A DNA stretch of 64,000 nt, taken from NCBI GenBank assembly GCA_013265495.1, contig MU059829.1:3348001-3412000 (forward strand), in the 5' to 3' direction. A program made the translations under genes and the position numbers. Every line of letters begins with the position of its first letter. Within the stretch, counting starts at the first letter, position 1. The stretch comes from Vicugna vicugna (lineage: Eukaryota). Positions 60,901 to 64,000 of this stretch are shown one piece after another. The notes under the pieces are model-generated. The model was not told where the DNA came from, did no database searches, and was given only the letters and a program-made list of their open reading frames with translations.

Positions 60901-61997
60901 CGCTGTAAACTTCAGGCAGAACAGACGTGGAAACCCCTCTCGCTTCCCCAGGGAGGGGACTGCTGTCACCCCACAGAGGATTCCTAGGGAGGTAAGGGGT
61001 CTTCCACTTACACACACGTCCTTCTTGTTTGAATTTTTGTAAGGAAGGTACATTCACATGTCAACTGTGTAAACAAACGAGTTTGTTAAACTACTCTTCC
61101 TGATGTAAATTAAAGAGTTTATTCCATTAAAAGACGGTAGAAGTGGCCGTTCAGAATCTTTGATCCTGAGCATCTTTAGTTCTGGGGGGAAAATGCCGGA
61201 GGGAAAAGACGAAACGATGTAAATCTAATCCCATACTAAGTAGTGGTGGCAACCAAGGGGGAGACCATGATCCCAGACAATCCAGTTTTTCCCAAAAAGG
61301 CATGCCTGCACAGCAGAGCTCACACGTGTGTGTACTGCGTTACATGAGCGTGCACCCCAGAGCCGTTCTGGACGGAGACGCCAGGGCACACTCATCACTG
61401 GCTGATCTAGGATGTGGTTTAGGACACTGGGGGTTGTAAAGGGCAACTTGCAAGAAAAGATTTTTTAAAAAGCAATGCCCACACAGATGCTAGACAGACC
61501 GTTACCTGTCCTGTGGGCACTCTGGAGGGAAGTCCTGGACATACTGTCCTCTACCAGGGCAGCAGCAGGCAAGCAGTTTACCTCAGCTGATCGGAAAACC
61601 CTCGCCCTCCCCCTCGCCACCTGCAGTTGCGAACAGAGGTCTCCGCTGACGTTTCCTTCATTGATCCAGTGGTGGCTGCTGGTGTTTTTTTTTTTTCCTC
61701 AAGAAATTTAGAAAGCTTTAGGCAAGCTATAAAAATAACCAAAGGCAAAGGGTTCTGTCAGCCACTGTGTCTCTAATTAACGGTTAGTCCCGGGGCCCGG
61801 CCTTCCCCCACCCACTCCCTGATGATTTGTGCGAAAAACGCACATCGTAACAGGGGTTCCCCGGCAGGCGTCCCCGAGCGCCACTGCACTTCACTTCTCT
61901 CACTTCTGTGAGGAAATGGAACCACCTAGGGCGACACCCCTGTCAAACTAAGACGAGCAGCCGGCAGCACTTTGCCTGTGGTTTCTTATTTCCCCGT

Positions 61998-62227
61998 GGA
62001 GGGAGGGATAAGTCAGGAGTCTGGATTGGCAGATACGGACTACTGTGTGCACGACAGATGAACAAGGCCCTACTGTGCAGCACAGGGACCTGTACTCAAT
62101 GGCCTGCAGTAACCTGTGGTGAAAAGGAATATGAAAAGGAATCTGTACACACGTACACGTGCAACTGAGCCACTCTGCTGTACTCCAGAACCAGTGCAAC
62201 GTTGTAAGTCAACATACTTCAGTAAAA
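61998..62227 (+). mobile_element. 5'-truncated LINE-1 3' end, cetartiodactyl type
   Basis: Recognisable 3' UTR landmarks in order: ggagggataa, cagatac, aacaagg.cctactgt..agcacaggga, gctgtac, ttgtaa.tcaac..tacttca.taaaa. Family named from recalled consensus. Confidence 0.85.
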
Positions 62228-63399
62228 GATGGCAGAAAACGTATGCATACGAGGTCTCCCTCACAGTGACACTGGCAAATCATAAATCTTAAAAATAACC
62301 GATTCTCCTGTAGGCACAGAAAAATATACCTACATGGTCCCTGAAATACAGACAGTATACAGACGGGCTGGTAGATAAAACCATATACTTTGCAATTAAA
62401 GCCATTCTGTCTACTGTACTGAATGAGTTCTAGAACCATTTCTCACCCACCTTCTGTAAGTACACTTTGAGAGAACCGTGTCACCAGGCACCAAGGGGCA
62501 AGAGTGAGATCACGCGCCGTGACAGGGTTAACACGGCTGACGATGCCACTGGTGAGACGGCGCAAGTCAGTCTGCGCGGGGGGAGCAGGGAGGTGGGCAG
62601 ACTCGCCACTGCTCATTCTTCTCATTACTCAATTCTTCACAGATTGTAAAGAAAGTTTTTCAGTTTGCTTCTCTCAAGAAGAATCTTGTGAACTACTGAG
62701 AGAAAGTTTCTCATGCTTCCACAGTCTTTGTGTCAGCTTCCGTGTCCTGCTGATGTCACTCAGACAGTATCTGTGTGAACCTGCCCGTGCCTCAGTCACG
62801 GTGCTGCCACTAGTGACCCCAAAGTCGATCTTCTGGAACACAAGCGACTGCTTCCCTGAATGTACAACCAGACTGTTTTCACTCAACCTTTTCATCGCAA
62901 AAAAAGACTAAAGTAGCAAATTGTTGTCGAAGGTGATTACGAAAATCCAGGTTATCACTTGGTAAAGAATGCCACATGTGAAACGATACATTTCATTTGC
63001 TTCTCTGAGCCAGAGCCCACGTCCAACAGAACCTGTGGTCGCGACCTTGCTGGCTAAGTGCACAGCGCTGTGAGTGCTGGGGCTACATGCAGCAGTTCCA
63101 GTTCCTGCTCCTCTCACCCGCGTCTTCTCCTCACGCAAATTACTTCTGCTAACCCCAGGACGTCTCCTGGGCCCGGCCACACTGCATATGTAAAGCTTAG
63201 TTTGGGTGGTGTTTTTGGTTTGATCTTTGTCTTTGTGATATTCATCCGACAGACGTTAAGAGCGAACAGGCTGGAAGTCCAGGCACCCAGGACTTCCGGT
63301 TTTGCATCAGCGGGTTTAGCAGGCAGACACGGGCCTCCTTCATCTTCGCCGCTTGGTGGAGCTGCAGTCAATCAAGTGATGCAGACTTCCTGGACTCCG

Positions 63400-63700
63400 C
63401 TGTTAAGACGAAACCCTAAATCTCAGGAAACTAACGCAGAATGTACTGATTGATTTGTATCTTAGTCCTATGACGTCCAGGTTGGGCGCTCTGGTGAGCG
63501 GGAGGCTGTCCTCCAGGCAGTGGTTCAGGACCGACTCCTTGGGTTCCGTGGGTGTGCTGTTTGCACACGTGTCCTGCCGCCCATGCCATCCTGCCGGCTG
63601 CACCTCTGGGACGGGAGGTGGGAGGCGTGATCTCACTCTGTTCCTGGAAGTCACAGCATCCCCTGAGGGGGCGGTCAGCTGCCCGGAGCTTGTGTCGTCC
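63400..63700 (-). mobile_element. Probable old MLT1-type LTR fragment
   Basis: The minus strand reads ggagtcggtcctgaaccactgcctggaggacagcc...ctgagatttaggg, similar to the MLT1I/J 3' half; heavily diverged. Confidence 0.4.
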
Positions 63701-64000
63701 TTCCCACAAGGCTTCCGAGGCGGCGGCAGAAGCTGGTGGCCTCCACGGTCCTCGCGCTCTTCTCCACCCTGTCGGAATGTGAGAGCTCACACCCGAGCTC
63801 CACCTTGTCCCTGTGCCTCGTGCCCACCTGCCACCTGGACAGTTGTCACCGGAAGCTGCAGAGCCCAGGGACGGACACACTGCACCTCCAGCAGCAAAGG
63901 GCCCCCAGGACCCCTGAGTAGGGAGTCATCAGGTTCAGAGTTCCGCCGAGGGTCTGCTCTATCCAACCCTCTTTCGGTGCCAAACGTCTCAGTCTGAGTT

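Overview
Mammalian genomic DNA, very probably camelid: two copies of a tRNA-Ala-derived SINE have the vic-1-type tail, and there is a cetartiodactyl-type L1 3' end. The + strand carries the last five coding exons of CSMD1 (2514-2675, 4632-4744, 5497-5584, 10258-10390, 12825-12984). All junctions are GT-AG with matching phases. They splice into 218 aa ending in the transmembrane helix, an NPxY motif and a C-terminal TVV PDZ ligand. A ~2.95 kb 3' UTR ends near 15940. The remaining ~48 kb is gene-poor, with decayed L1, L2, MIR, MLT1 and MER21 repeats, two minisatellites and several CpG islands. None of the other long ORFs looks like a real protein; they are attributed to GC-rich sequence. I see no clear-cut new multi-gene system. 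Best leads: (1) a dense 3' UTR module of an RNA G-quadruplex, a miR-10 seed and three perfect Pumilio elements in 49 nt; (2) an intronic CpG island with a strong donor at its edge, in phase with the C-terminal CSMD1 exons (possible internal promoter or short isoform); (3) an orphan CpG island with outward-facing donors on both strands; (4) an apparent strong AT-to-GC substitution bias in both neutral repeats and CSMD1 codons. Repeat-family names and comparisons with human rest on recalled consensus sequences and need confirming by alignment.
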